A stretch of DNA of 64,000 bases. Source: a virus (taxonomy: Duplodnaviria > Caudoviricetes). The stretch is from positions 782-64,781 of the IMG/VR virus record IMGVR_UViG_3300046727_000401. One strand, given 5' to 3'. This document shows positions 37,423 to 47,189 of this stretch, piece after piece (within the stretch, counting starts at the first letter, position 1; every line of letters begins with the position of its first letter). Both the position numbers and the translations under genes were made by a program. The notes beneath the pieces are model-generated. The model ran no database searches, was not told where the DNA came from, and saw only the letters and a program-made list of their open reading frames with translations.

Positions 37423-37462
37423 GTGACCTCATATTCATAGCAACTCGGTAAACAAAGTCAAG

Positions 37463-39016
37463 TTACTTCGGCGTCCCGAACGGCCACCACCAACGCCGGG
37501 CCGGTGCGACCTGGCGCGCCTTCGGCAGGTCCCGGGCATTGCGCGCGGCGTCCACCGGGAATGGGACCGAGCCGGGCGGGACCACGAACCGCTCGCGCTC
37601 CGCGGTGGCCTTCGCGATGGCGCGGTCTGTGCTCTCGCGCCGCTCGCGGGCCACGCGCAGGTCGTACTCGTACCAGGACTCGCCCGGCCGGCGTCCGGCC
37701 CCTGCGCTGCCGCCGCTCTGCTTGATGCGCTCGAGCCTGATCCGTTCCTCATCCGCGACCGAGGTCTGGCGCCACACCTGCGTCGTCCCGCGAGGCTTCG
37801 CTGCCACTGCCTCTGCCGCCACACGCTGCTCCGCAGCCTCCGCAAGTTGGGCCAGCTTCGCCGCGGCGCGCTCGGCTGCTGCGCGGTACGCGGACTCGGG
37901 CACGTGCTCGCGCGCGACCACCGCCGGCTGCGTCGGCACGACGTCCGGGACCTCGGTGGCGTGCTCGTGGATGCGGCCCACGCCGATCCGCCAGCCGTCG
38001 GGCGCGTGGTCGGCTGCCCGGTTCTCGACCGCCACCGGCCCGTCTTCGGGCTTGATCGGCTCGGGTGCCGGTTCGGGCCGCGCCGCGGCGCGCGCGTCGG
38101 TCGCGGTCCGCATCTCACCCCAAGCAGGATTCCAGGCGAGCGCGATGCACCGGCAACACGAATGGGCCGGTGGGCTGTCGTACCCGCCGGGGAACATGCC
38201 ACCGATCGGCGCCGTCTTGCCGTCGAGCCCCGCGCAGATCGGGCACACCCGGCTGTCCATGCTCGCGTCCCACCGCCGCACGTACTCCGGCTCGCCATCG
38301 GGCCGGTTCTCGTTCGCGTGCTCGGTGGCCACGTCGTGCTGGACGTTGTAGGCGTGCATCACCTCGGTCCGGACCAGCCGGTCCGCCCACCAGCGGTGCC
38401 GTGCGAACATCCCCTCCGCGATCCGCGCCGCGTCCGCCCCGGGATCGCCGCCCACCGAACGCGGGCCGGGGCCGAGCTTGCGGAGCCGCGCCACGAGCTG
38501 CTCGATGCTCTCGTGCTTCGCGACCCCGATGGCCAGCAGGTGCTTGATGTCGTCGCCGACCTGGCCCGCGTAGCGCTTCGCCGAGCTCTCGTGCCGGCGC
38601 CACAGCAGCTTGTCGCCCTGCGCGAGCACCGCCGCGGTCTTGATGTCGGGCAGCTGCGGCATGCCGTTGCCGAAGATCGCCGACAGCCGAGTGATCTCGG
38701 TGTCGAGGTTGTGGATCGCCAGCGGCCCAGTGGCATGGCGCCCCGCCGCGAGCGCGCCGGCCATCGCCGGGTCGAGCTCCTTGACCCGGGCGAACGTGCC
38801 CTCGAGCGCGCGCAGCATCCCGGTGCGCTGCAGCGCGGTGAACGCGCCCCGGTAGTCGGCCCTGTCGAGCCAGCCCCGGACGTCGGCCTGCAGCTCGTCG
38901 CGGACCGCCCGCAGCGCCGGCAGCACCGCCCGCAGCGCCACGGGCGAGAGCGCATCCACCGCCTGGACCGACTCGCGGACCAGGCGTTGAACGGCCTCGA
39001 CTTTGGCGCTTGACAT
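37463..39016 (-). CDS. Minor head morphogenesis protein (Mu gpF/SPP1 gp7-like)
   Basis: RLVRTE..HAYN, RWDASMDSRVCPIC..LDG, PPAHSCCRC. Confidence 0.85.
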   Translation of the reverse strand: MSSAKVEAVQRLVRESVQAVDALSPVALRAVLPALRAVRDELQADVRGWLDRADYRGAFTALQRTGMLRALEGTFARVKELDPAMAGALAAGRHATGPLAIHNLDTEITRLSAIFGNGMPQLPDIKTAAVLAQGDKLLWRRHESSAKRYAGQVGDDIKHLLAIGVAKHESIEQLVARLRKLGPGPRSVGGDPGADAARIAEGMFARHRWWADRLVRTEVMHAYNVQHDVATEHANENRPDGEPEYVRRWDASMDSRVCPICAGLDGKTAPIGGMFPGGYDSPPAHSCCRCIALAWNPAWGEMRTATDARAAARPEPAPEPIKPEDGPVAVENRAADHAPDGWRIGVGRIHEHATEVPDVVPTQPAVVAREHVPESAYRAAAERAAAKLAQLAEAAEQRVAAEAVAAKPRGTTQVWRQTSVADEERIRLERIKQSGGSAGAGRRPGESWYEYDLRVARERRESTDRAIAKATAERERFVVPPGSVPFPVDAARNARDLPKARQVAPARRWWWPFGTPK

Positions 39017-39043
39017 AGTTTACCGCGGTGCTATGTTGAGGGC

Positions 39044-39373
39044 ATGAACGACGGCATCAATACGACCTACCCCTACGAAGCCACCAGCCCCGGAGTCGCG
39101 CGGCATCAGTGCGAGGAGTGCGGAGGCTGGGAGCGCTCGGACAAGGGCGGCGGCGAGATCAGGCACAGCAAGCGCTGCGACTCTCGCCCGCAGCCCGAGA
39201 GTGCCAAGACGCTCGCTGCCGACCGCGCGCAGCAGTCGCGCCGCTCGGGCCTGGAGCGGTTCGCCCGTCAGGTGCGCCGTACCGGGATGACCAAGGGGCG
39301 CGACCAGGATGTGCGCGATGCCGTTGCGGCCGGGCTGCTCAGCGAGTCCGACGCGATGAACACCGACGATTGA
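39044..39373 (+). CDS. Hypothetical Zn-finger protein (antisense insert)
   Basis: TTGACA-16-TATGTT-6-ATG; CEECG...H..RC. Confidence 0.7.
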   Translation: MNDGINTTYPYEATSPGVARHQCEECGGWERSDKGGGEIRHSKRCDSRPQPESAKTLAADRAQQSRRSGLERFARQVRRTGMTKGRDQDVRDAVAAGLLSESDAMNTDD

Positions 39374-39375
39374 GC

Positions 39376-41232
39376 TCACTTCTTCGCCCGCGTCGGCTTC
39401 GCTGCAGGCTTGCCCGGCTTCGCGGGCATGTTCGGGTTGCCCTGCGGGTCCTCGCCCTCCATCGGCGTCCCGCCCTTGCCGGGCTGCACCGACCCGCCCG
39501 CGGTCGCCGCGGCCTGCATCGCCTCTGCCGCCATCTCCTCCGCCGTCAGGCTCTCGCGGATCTGCTCGCGGATGAGCTCGGCGTCATCCTGGGGCACGTC
39601 GCCCAGGATCGTCCCGTACGTCTTCGACAGAAACAGCTCGGCGAACCGCGGGGACTTCTGCGGGATCCCGTTGAACACGTCGATCGCCAGCGCGATCGCG
39701 TCGTTCACACCCTCGACGTCGAAGGACTCCAGGCCGGTGATGTTCGCCTTCGGCACCGCCTCGCCGCGCCCCAAGCTCGCGAGCACGAACAGCCGGCGCA
39801 CGAACGGGTGCAGCAGTGCCGCGAGCGCGTCCAGCACCACCGCCGTGGTTGCGTGGTCTTGCTGCTTGCTCTCGCCCGACCGCTGTAGCGCCGCGTTGTC
39901 CATGTTCGCGCTGAGAGCCATGCTGAACATGACCCGGTGCATCTCGCGCATCGCGTCGTTGCAGCTCTCGCGCGCCGCGACGAACACCGCCGGGTCGATC
40001 CCGACGTACCGCGCATCATCGCCGGCCGCGCGCGTCTGCGTGTACCCGACGCCGCGCACCTGGTTCGTGGTCCGGTTCTGGTCGCTGGCGATCGTCGGAA
40101 GGTCCGTCCCGGATTGGGAACCGTCGCTCGGCCCCAGGAATTCGTAGAGCTGCGCGAACAGCGAGCGGTACTCGGCCCAGCCCATCGCACAGCGCTTGTT
40201 GAGGTGCTCCTTCGCGAGGCAGTGGAGCTTGCCCATCGCGTAGAGGCCCTCGGGCAAGGCCAGGCACTCGAGCGGGACGCGGCCGAACGCGTGCGGGCCG
40301 CCGTCGACCGGCCTGAATACCTCGTCCACCTGCGGCGGCTTGGCCGGGTCGACATCGATCACGTACTTGAGCCACTGGTAGGCGTCCCACACGACGAACG
40401 TGTGGCGCATCGTCTTGCGGCGATCCTTCGGCGTCGCGCGGATCCGCGTGCAGGTCAGGACCATCGCCCAGGTCAGCCGGCCCTCGTCGTCGTACTGCCA
40501 GTCGACCACCTGCTCCGCAGGGATCAGGCGAAGATACGGGTCCAGACCCTCGCCCGGCTCCTCTTCGCCGGCGCGCGGCAGGTCGGCCAGCACCCACGCG
40601 GTGCGGGTCTGCAGCGCCTCGCGCAGCACGTCCACGCAGAAGCGGTGGATCGACCGGCCGCCTTCGTCGTCCTCGTCCTCGTCGTTGCCGTCCTCGAGCC
40701 CGTAGTCCGCGGGCCGCTCGGCCTCGTCAGTGACATCGGACACCCACTCCTGCCACCACTTCGCCTTCGCATCGGGCTCCTGTGCCTTGCCGTCGTCGGC
40801 ATCGAGCAGGGTGAACGAGACCTTGAGCGGGTCGGTCCCGAGCCCGGCCAGCAGGTGGTCGATGATGGTCCCGGGGTACGGGTAGTAGTGGGCGCGGCGC
40901 TTGCGCTGCTCGTAGACGGCCGCGTCCTCATACAGGTTCTGCGGGAACAGCCGCTTCATGAGCGCCGGGTCGGCGAGCAGGCGCTGGCCGCCGGCGTAGA
41001 GCGCTCGGCACTCGGCCCAGTAGTCGCCCAGCCACTCGTCATGACGCTGGCACAGGTCCCCCCAGGTCAGCGTGAGCGCGTCGGACGTGAGGTTGAGCTG
41101 CGCGGTCGCGGTGCCACCGGCCGGCGCATCGGACCGCAGGCGCATGTTCAGTGCGGTCGCCGCGGCGAGCGCCGGGCCGCCGGGCAGGCTGTCGAGCTGG
41201 GCGCCGATCATGGAGCCAGGGATAGATGCCAT
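39376..41232 (-). CDS. Portal protein
   Basis: Position before minor head gene; RALYAGG, YEQRKRRA, HAFGRVP, SGESKQQD. Confidence 0.8.
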   Translation of the reverse strand: MASIPGSMIGAQLDSLPGGPALAAATALNMRLRSDAPAGGTATAQLNLTSDALTLTWGDLCQRHDEWLGDYWAECRALYAGGQRLLADPALMKRLFPQNLYEDAAVYEQRKRRAHYYPYPGTIIDHLLAGLGTDPLKVSFTLLDADDGKAQEPDAKAKWWQEWVSDVTDEAERPADYGLEDGNDEDEDDEGGRSIHRFCVDVLREALQTRTAWVLADLPRAGEEEPGEGLDPYLRLIPAEQVVDWQYDDEGRLTWAMVLTCTRIRATPKDRRKTMRHTFVVWDAYQWLKYVIDVDPAKPPQVDEVFRPVDGGPHAFGRVPLECLALPEGLYAMGKLHCLAKEHLNKRCAMGWAEYRSLFAQLYEFLGPSDGSQSGTDLPTIASDQNRTTNQVRGVGYTQTRAAGDDARYVGIDPAVFVAARESCNDAMREMHRVMFSMALSANMDNAALQRSGESKQQDHATTAVVLDALAALLHPFVRRLFVLASLGRGEAVPKANITGLESFDVEGVNDAIALAIDVFNGIPQKSPRFAELFLSKTYGTILGDVPQDDAELIREQIRESLTAEEMAAEAMQAAATAGGSVQPGKGGTPMEGEDPQGNPNMPAKPGKPAAKPTRAKK

Positions 41233-41241
41233 TGCGCAAGC

Positions 41242-41667
41242 CTACACGGTTTCGTCTTCGGCCGCGGCACGGATCGCGGTCTCCACGACGGCCTCTTGGT
41301 CGACGTCTCGCTCGCGGAACAGCGCGACAGGTCTCGGCTTGTCGGCCTGCCGCTTGAACTCCTCGATGAGCCCGAACGCGATCCGATCAGGATCGTCGCC
41401 GTGGACTTCGATCTTCTGGATGTGGATCCCGAGCGGCAGAAATCGCCGCGCGATCCCGCCGAGGTTCGGGAACCGTTCGACGATCCTCGCGGCGTGCTCA
41501 TGACAGACGAGGATCCTTGGCATGATGTCGTTGATCAGCGCAAACGTTGCGATCGCGTGACATTCACCCGGGACACGATCATTGCCGTACCGGGTGAAGT
41601 ATTCGCAGCCTGGCTCTGCGATCTCCGCGGCGGTACATGTCACGACGTCGCCAGGTTCGATGGGCAT
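41242..41667 (-). CDS. Cys/His protein carrying a copy of the tape-measure C-terminal motif
   Basis: HIQKIEVHGDDPDRIAFGLIEEF vs TMP HIARIEVQSDDPDRIAFGLIEQF; TGC-TACCGT-6-ATG. Confidence 0.8.
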   Translation of the reverse strand: MPIEPGDVVTCTAAEIAEPGCEYFTRYGNDRVPGECHAIATFALINDIMPRILVCHEHAARIVERFPNLGGIARRFLPLGIHIQKIEVHGDDPDRIAFGLIEEFKRQADKPRPVALFRERDVDQEAVVETAIRAAAEDETV

Positions 41668-41705
41668 GGCTCGACGGTAGCACGTTTGCCGTGCTACAAA
41701 CCAGC

Positions 41706-41933
41706 ATGCTCACCACCGCGCACCTCCTGCTCCACCTCGGCAAGCACACGTGCGGCACGGCCGGATGCCGAGACCGCGCCTCGCGCCTGATCCGCTGCAC
41801 GACCTGCAAGGCAGTCATCGCGCGCTGCGGAACCCACGGGGCGAACATGATGCGCGAGCGCGACCGGCACTGCGCTACGCCAGCGCCTGTTCGTACTGCG
41901 GACCCACGAGCGCCAGCGTCGGAGTCCCGCTGA
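41706..41933 (+). CDS. Small Zn-finger protein (antisense insert)
   Basis: GTGCTACAAAC promoter; C..GC...CTTC...CGTH. Confidence 0.55.
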   Translation: MLTTAHLLLHLGKHTCGTAGCRDRASRLIRCTTCKAVIARCGTHGANMMRERDRHCATPAPVRTADPRAPASESR

Positions 41934-42774
41934 CCGTGACCGCCTGCATCAACACGAAGTGACCCGGCGGCACGAGGTACTTGAGCGAGCCCACGTTCCC
42001 CGAGGTCGCCCCGACCCCGGCGATCTTGACGCCTCGACGGTCGCGCTCGGTGGTTGGCGGATTCGACGCATCGCAGAGGAGCTTGACGTACCCCTCTTGC
42101 GCGCCGAGCAGGGTCGACGTCGCCTCCGCGTTGACGCAGTAGCTCACGTTGCACGGCGCGGTGGTGCTCGGTTGCCAGGCCGATCCACCGATCGCGCGAG
42201 TCGTGGTCGTCGTGGTGATCGTCCCGAACCCCGCGCCCGGATCTCCCTGCGCTCCTGTCGCGCCGGTGGCACCCGTCGAACCCTGTGCACCAGGAGCTCC
42301 AGTTGCTCCGGCGGGGCCTTGCGCGCCGGTTGATCCTGTTCCTCCGGTCGATCCAGCCGGCCCAGTTGCCCCCGTCGGTCCGGTCGCACCTGTTGATCCC
42401 TGCGATCCCGTGGGTCCCGTCGCTCCCTGCGGTCCGGTGATGCCAGGATCCCCCACCGGGCCCTGTGAACCCGTCGGACCTGTCGGACCTGCTGCGCCAG
42501 CCGGCCCGGTCGCGCCTGTGGCGCCTGGCGCTCCTTGCGGGCCCGTGGGACCAGTCGCGCCTGTGGCGCCCGTTGCCCCGGTGGGGCCCTGCGCGCCCTG
42601 CGGACCCTGTGGTCCCATCGGGCCGATGAGCTCGTAGCCCGCGGCGCCCTTCCAGAACAGCGAGCAGGCATCGGCGCCACTCTGGTAGGCGATCAGCTGC
42701 GGATCGCTGCCGGGCGGAGCCGTCACCCTCGGATCCACGTTCGTGATGTACGGATGCAAAGCGTCGAACGTCAT
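41875..42774 (-). CDS. Collagen-like (Gly-X-Y) protein
   Basis: About 44 uninterrupted GXY triplets and a C-terminal beta domain; GGAGG SD. Confidence 0.85.
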   Translation of the reverse strand: MTFDALHPYITNVDPRVTAPPGSDPQLIAYQSGADACSLFWKGAAGYELIGPMGPQGPQGAQGPTGATGATGATGPTGPQGAPGATGATGPAGAAGPTGPTGSQGPVGDPGITGPQGATGPTGSQGSTGATGPTGATGPAGSTGGTGSTGAQGPAGATGAPGAQGSTGATGATGAQGDPGAGFGTITTTTTTRAIGGSAWQPSTTAPCNVSYCVNAEATSTLLGAQEGYVKLLCDASNPPTTERDRRGVKIAGVGATSGNVGSLKYLVPPGHFVLMQAVTVSGTPTLALVGPQYEQALA

Positions 42775-42839
42775 CTCGTAACCTCCTGCCCCAGTGAGGG
42801 GGAGGCTACGATACGGCGCCGGCGAAAGCTACCAGCTGA

Positions 42840-43208
42840 TCAGCCCGCGATCTTGACCACGTCCATCATGTCGGTGCGAGACGAGCGCTCGCGGAGCTGG
42901 GCCGTGACCTTGACGTCACCCTGCCTGGTCGGCTCGTCGAAGGTCTCTTCGCGCAGCTGGCGCTTGAGCTGGTCGATCCGGACCAACGCCGCCGCGAGCG
43001 AGCGCTCCGCCACCGCAGCCCGGGACTCGGCGATCGCCAGCTCCACCAGGGCCGCCGCCGCCGTGTCGCTGATCAGCGCGAGGTGCGGCGCCAGGTGCTT
43101 GTGGCAGACCTCGGCCCCACGCTGGGCCAGGCGCAACAGGCGACCGCGGGACCGCGAATCCGCGGGGAGGCGATTCGGGATGGGCCCGACTTTGGTTCCG
43201 GTGCTCAT
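42840..43208 (-). CDS. Hypothetical protein
   Basis: ATGA overlap; coiled coil. Confidence 0.55.
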   Translation of the reverse strand: MSTGTKVGPIPNRLPADSRSRGRLLRLAQRGAEVCHKHLAPHLALISDTAAAALVELAIAESRAAVAERSLAAALVRIDQLKRQLREETFDEPTRQGDVKVTAQLRERSSRTDMMDVVKIAG

Positions 43209-43552
43209 CGCCAGTCCGCGCAGTAGCCGAGGTGGCAGATCGGCTGGTCGGTCCCGGCCGGGCACGTGTACGAGTGCTGGCACACGGCGGCGGAGTCGAG
43301 GCACATCGTCTGACACGCCTGGTCCCCGAGGCCGAACAGCAGCGTCGGGTCGCAGTTCGAGGTGACCGACGAGCATCGATTGACGGGCGCCCCGCCGCCC
43401 CCGCCGCCCCCTCCGTCGCAGTAGATCGGGTTGCCGTCGTCGTCGTAGTCGCACGGCACCTGCAGCGCCTGCGTGCTGTCGGACGTGGACGGTGCCATGT
43501 TGACCGCGCAGGCCACCGTTGCGCATATCAGGAACAGGATCGTCGCTCTCAT
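43205..43552 (-). CDS. Cys-rich lipoprotein
   Basis: MRATILFLICATVAC lipobox, DSTQAL, Gly linker, many Cys. Confidence 0.75.
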   Translation of the reverse strand: MRATILFLICATVACAVNMAPSTSDSTQALQVPCDYDDDGNPIYCDGGGGGGGGAPVNRCSSVTSNCDPTLLFGLGDQACQTMCLDSAAVCQHSYTCPAGTDQPICHLGYCADWR

Positions 43553-43926
43553 CGTCGCTCTCCTTCTTTGGGTTCGGGTACGCGGTGCGCGGCGAGGATC
43601 TTGTCGAGCGCGGCGATCGTCTCCGGGAACCCGCCGTATCGCGCCACGAAGTTGCGCGCCGCTTCGAACTCCACCAGCGCCTCCGGCCCGAGCCCGTACG
43701 GCACTGGGCACACGTGGCCGGGCGACGTGGCGGGCGGGGTGATCTTCAGTGCCCTGACGATGGCGTCCAGTTCCATGCAGACCGCTTGGATGTTTCCCCG
43801 GATGACGTCGAGCGCCTCGGGCGCGGTGAAGCCGGCGTCATCGCAACGCTTGATGATGCGGAGCGCGGCCTCCTTCGCGCTTGTCCAGTCGATCTCGGTC
43901 GCTGAGGTCAAAACGGTGCGGGTCAC
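43549..43926 (-). CDS. Hypothetical protein
   Basis: GTGA/ATGA overlaps. Confidence 0.55.
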   Translation of the reverse strand: MTRTVLTSATEIDWTSAKEAALRIIKRCDDAGFTAPEALDVIRGNIQAVCMELDAIVRALKITPPATSPGHVCPVPYGLGPEALVEFEAARNFVARYGGFPETIAALDKILAAHRVPEPKEGERR

Positions 43927-44216
43927 CAGCGGAACTCCACCGGCGCAATGGCGGGCCGGAGCTGCGCCGAGGGGTACTCGTAGGAGCTGGTCGACCCGTC
44001 GGCGTCCGTGGTGGTGATGGCCCAGTGGTCGGCCCGTCGTCCGGGTCCGGTGACCACCGCGGTGTTGTAGTGGTCCCACATCCACACGACCGCGCCGGCC
44101 GCGTAGTTGCGCACCACGGGGCCGCGCCACGCCGCCAGGGTCGCGGGCTTGATGCTGGCGATGTGGGCCGCCAGGACGGCGAACGGGTCGGTCTGGGTCT
44201 GCGTCGTGTTCATCAT
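43923..44216 (-). CDS. Hypothetical protein
   Basis: Directly downstream of promoter cassette copy B. Confidence 0.6.
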   Translation of the reverse strand: MMNTTQTQTDPFAVLAAHIASIKPATLAAWRGPVVRNYAAGAVVWMWDHYNTAVVTGPGRRADHWAITTTDADGSTSSYEYPSAQLRPAIAPVEFRW

Positions 44217-44222
44217 GGTTCT

Positions 44223-44263
44223 GTTTATAGCACCGCTACTGTGCTCGCGCAAGGGGCAATCGT
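44223..44263 (-). repeat. 41-bp promoter cassette, copy B
   Basis: Reverse complement ACGATTGCCCCTTGCGCGAGCACAGTAGCGGTGCTATAAAC. Confidence 0.85.
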
Positions 44264-44313
44264 CCGAACGGTTACCCTGGTACAATGTCAGCAAGACATG
44301 TTACCATCATGTC

Positions 44314-44835
44314 ATGCCAAGGATCTACACCAAGCGCGACCCGATGGAACGCTTTAATTACAAGGTCTTGAAGACAGAAACGTGTCACATCTGGCAGGGT
44401 ACCAGGCTCGGTAAAGGGGGAACTCTGTACGGGATTTTTGCTCACAGAACCAGCCGGCCCAAGGCAACATGCTTGGCGCATCGCTGGATTTTCGAGCAGA
44501 CCCACGGGCTCATCCCGGACGGGATGTTCGTGCTGCACAAATGCGACAACCCTGCCTGCGTGAGGATCGACCATCTTTTTCTTGGAACGCCCAAGCAGAA
44601 CACCCAGGACATGCTCCGCAAGAAGCGGAATTTCGTGCGTAACGGAGAGTTGAGCGGAATGGCCAAGCTCAGTGATGCCCAGGTCGCAGATCTTCGCCGC
44701 AGAGCGAAGAACGGTGAGAGCCGAAAGTCACTGGCCAATAGGTTCAAGACGTGCGCCACCAACGTTAGGTCAATCATCCTCGGCCTCAGCAGATCGAGAC
44801 CAGCAGACCGCCGTCTAGCCAAATGGGGCCTTTGA
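44314..44835 (+). CDS. HNH homing endonuclease with C-terminal HTH-like domain
   Basis: CHIWQG, YG, AHRW, VLHKCDNPACVRIDHLFLGTPKQNTQDM, AKLSDAQV; visibly lower GC. Confidence 0.9.
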   Translation: MPRIYTKRDPMERFNYKVLKTETCHIWQGTRLGKGGTLYGIFAHRTSRPKATCLAHRWIFEQTHGLIPDGMFVLHKCDNPACVRIDHLFLGTPKQNTQDMLRKKRNFVRNGELSGMAKLSDAQVADLRRRAKNGESRKSLANRFKTCATNVRSIILGLSRSRPADRRLAKWGL

Positions 44836-46377
44836 TGGAGATGTACCTCTCTGAGATTGCTTGACTTCCCAGAGTTCATTGTACCCGTGTGCGAGCGCGT
44901 CGATCTGGTCATCCTCCAAATCCCCCACGCCCGTGAACTTGTCCGCCTCCCACAGCAGCTCATCGGCCCAGGTGATTCCGGCCTGAACGCCGGCGCGGAG
45001 CTTGCGCGCGAAGCGCTCGCCGGTGACCTCGTTGGCCGGCAGCATGAACCGGCCCTGGCGCCCGTCGGGCCATGTCGCCTTGCTGTCCCACCACAGGTCA
45101 CTGTCGATCGGCACGAGCACCCGGCCCGCGTTCCAGGCCGCCGCGAAGCCTTGCGCGCGCGTGAACTTGTCGCCCTTGGGCTTGATTGGGCGGATGCGCA
45201 GGCGCGGCTCGATCTCCTTGAGGATCTGCGGGACCGCCTTGAACCCGCCCACGGACTCGACGGCGATCGGCACCGGGTAGCGGTCGCCCCAGTGGCGTTG
45301 CTGGATCTCGTAGAGCTTGCGCGCGACAGCCGGCACGGTGATGTGGTCGCGCCAGCCGTGGAGGATCCACACCTTCATGTCCAGGCCGAACCCCTTCGCG
45401 GCGAGCACGAACGCGGCCGAGAAGTCGGCGCGGTTGTCGTCGGTCGCGGCGGGGTCGCAGCAGATGATGATGCGGTGCTCGTCCGGGCGCCAGTCGGCCA
45501 GGCTGAACGTGGCCGGCTCTCCGAAGATGTCGGCGCCCTTCGGCCGCGGGCGCTGCTGGTAGAGCGACGCGAAGCTGTACGGCCCCGAGCTCTCCTCGAT
45601 CCGCCGGAGCTCCTCGATCGGCATCTGCTCGGGCCAGAGCGCCTCGCCGATCTGCCGCCCCAGGATGTCGTCCTCGTCCTCGCAGATCGCGGGGAGGCGA
45701 ACCTCCTCGAACTGGTACCCCTTGTACTTGCCCTGCAGCAGCCGCCCGATCAGGTCGTCGGCGTGCCAGCGCGTGAACTGCGCGATCACCGAAGCGCCCA
45801 TGTTGCGCTTGCTCGGCGGGTGCAGACGCGGCCACAGGACGTCGGTGAAGAACTCCCACACGTTCTCGCGGATCACCTTGCTCTCGGCGTCCTTGCGGTC
45901 CTTGTACAGGTCGTCGAGGAGTGCCACGCCGTTGATCGGCATGCCCGACCACTGGCCTTTGTACCCGTGCGCGAGCAGCCCGCCGCCGCGGTCCGTCTGC
46001 CACTCGTGCACCGCCGCCGACCCGCGCGGTATCTCGACGCCACCACCGGTGGCCATGCGCCGGCAGATGCGGGACTTCGATGCCGCGAGCTGGTCGTTGT
46101 ACGTCGCGTAGCCGTGCGACAGCACCGGGTCGCGCGCCATGCGCCAAGCCAGCCCATGCAACCCGGTCGTGCTCTTGCCGGTCTGCGGTGGCTGCATCAC
46201 GCACGCGAACACCCGCTCATACCGCGTGCGCTCCCACAGGTCGGCGACAGGCTCGAGGTGGCGCTTGATGCTGTGGTGCGGCGAGACGCGCGCCACGAAG
46301 TCCCGGAATGACTCGCCGTGGTCCGCACGCAGGAGGGCGGTGAGCCGCGCTTCCTCTGCGGTCCCGAAGGCGACCAC
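44815..46377 (-). CDS. terL: Terminase large subunit
   Basis: PPQTGKST Walker A, LLDD Walker B, TRWHADDL, LYQQRP, CDPA, DDQIDA. Confidence 0.95.
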   Translation of the reverse strand: MVAFGTAEEARLTALLRADHGESFRDFVARVSPHHSIKRHLEPVADLWERTRYERVFACVMQPPQTGKSTTGLHGLAWRMARDPVLSHGYATYNDQLAASKSRICRRMATGGGVEIPRGSAAVHEWQTDRGGGLLAHGYKGQWSGMPINGVALLDDLYKDRKDAESKVIRENVWEFFTDVLWPRLHPPSKRNMGASVIAQFTRWHADDLIGRLLQGKYKGYQFEEVRLPAICEDEDDILGRQIGEALWPEQMPIEELRRIEESSGPYSFASLYQQRPRPKGADIFGEPATFSLADWRPDEHRIIICCDPAATDDNRADFSAAFVLAAKGFGLDMKVWILHGWRDHITVPAVARKLYEIQQRHWGDRYPVPIAVESVGGFKAVPQILKEIEPRLRIRPIKPKGDKFTRAQGFAAAWNAGRVLVPIDSDLWWDSKATWPDGRQGRFMLPANEVTGERFARKLRAGVQAGITWADELLWEADKFTGVGDLEDDQIDALAHGYNELWEVKQSQRGTSPSKAPFG

Positions 46378-46380
46378 GCG

Positions 46381-46614
46381 TTACCTGTGGATCTTGGCGA
46401 CCGGCAACGGAGCCGGCGGGCTGTTCCCCTCGATGCAGTCGTGCACCTCGATCACGAGGTTCTGACCTTGCTCGGTGTTCGCCCAACGCGTGTAGCTGCA
46501 GTACATGCAGCGACCAGGAAAGACGGTGTGCCATTGCCGGGTTCCGTCGTCGGAGAATCCGCTCGGCTGCCTCAGACGGGCAACCACCCAGCGCGCGACA
46601 TCGGCCAGTTTCAC
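46381..46614 (-). CDS. Hypothetical Zn-binding protein
   Basis: CMYC...HDC; GTGA overlap. Confidence 0.55.
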   Translation of the reverse strand: MKLADVARWVVARLRQPSGFSDDGTRQWHTVFPGRCMYCSYTRWANTEQGQNLVIEVHDCIEGNSPPAPLPVAKIHR

Positions 46615-47189
46615 GCCTGCCCCCGCGGCCTGCGCCCGATGTCCGTGGGGATCTCGACCTCCGGCACCAGCGTCACCACTGGTCCGGCCGCCGTGCGGTG
46701 CAGGATATTGATCAGCATGTGGCCCGGGTCGAGCATGTCCTGCTCGCACGTGACCTCGACGCCGAGCACGTCCGGATCGAACGCCTGGAGCGCAGCGGTG
46801 AGCTCGGCGCGCAGTTCGGGCAGAGCGCTCGCCGGCCCTGGCACGTACCGCTGCATCACCGCGGCGACCACGTCACCGGCCGCGGGCTGCTCCTGGCGTG
46901 CGATCGCCCGGCCGATCACCACCGCCCAGCGCGGCACCGGGCGCGGGATCCACAGGTCGGCCGCGTCCCGGGTACCGCGGAGCGTCAGCATGCCGGTATG
47001 GTGCGCGTCGTCGATCACCAGCTGTCCGATCGCCTCCCACATGGTCAGTCGGCCCACGCCGAACAGCGCCATGACCAGCGCCTCGCGCTCCAGGCCGTGC
47101 CGGCGGTCGCAGGAATCGCAGAGCACGCAGCGGCGCAGCTCGGCGCGGAGGCCGACCTGGATCACGCCACAGCAGCGACAGGGCCTCAC
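46611..47189 (-). CDS. Zn-finger protein with gp25/sheath-like C-terminal segment
   Basis: CRCC...CVLCDSC; ELRAELTAALQAFDPDVLGVEVT...PGHMLINI. Confidence 0.6.
   Translation of the reverse strand: MRPCRCCGVIQVGLRAELRRCVLCDSCDRRHGLEREALVMALFGVGRLTMWEAIGQLVIDDAHHTGMLTLRGTRDAADLWIPRPVPRWAVVIGRAIARQEQPAAGDVVAAVMQRYVPGPASALPELRAELTAALQAFDPDVLGVEVTCEQDMLDPGHMLINILHRTAAGPVVTLVPEVEIPTDIGRRPRGQA

Noticed and set aside
42230-42630. Collagen and Gly/Ala nucleotide periodicity as DNA-level repeat elements
   Set aside because: Explained by protein repeats with varied codons.
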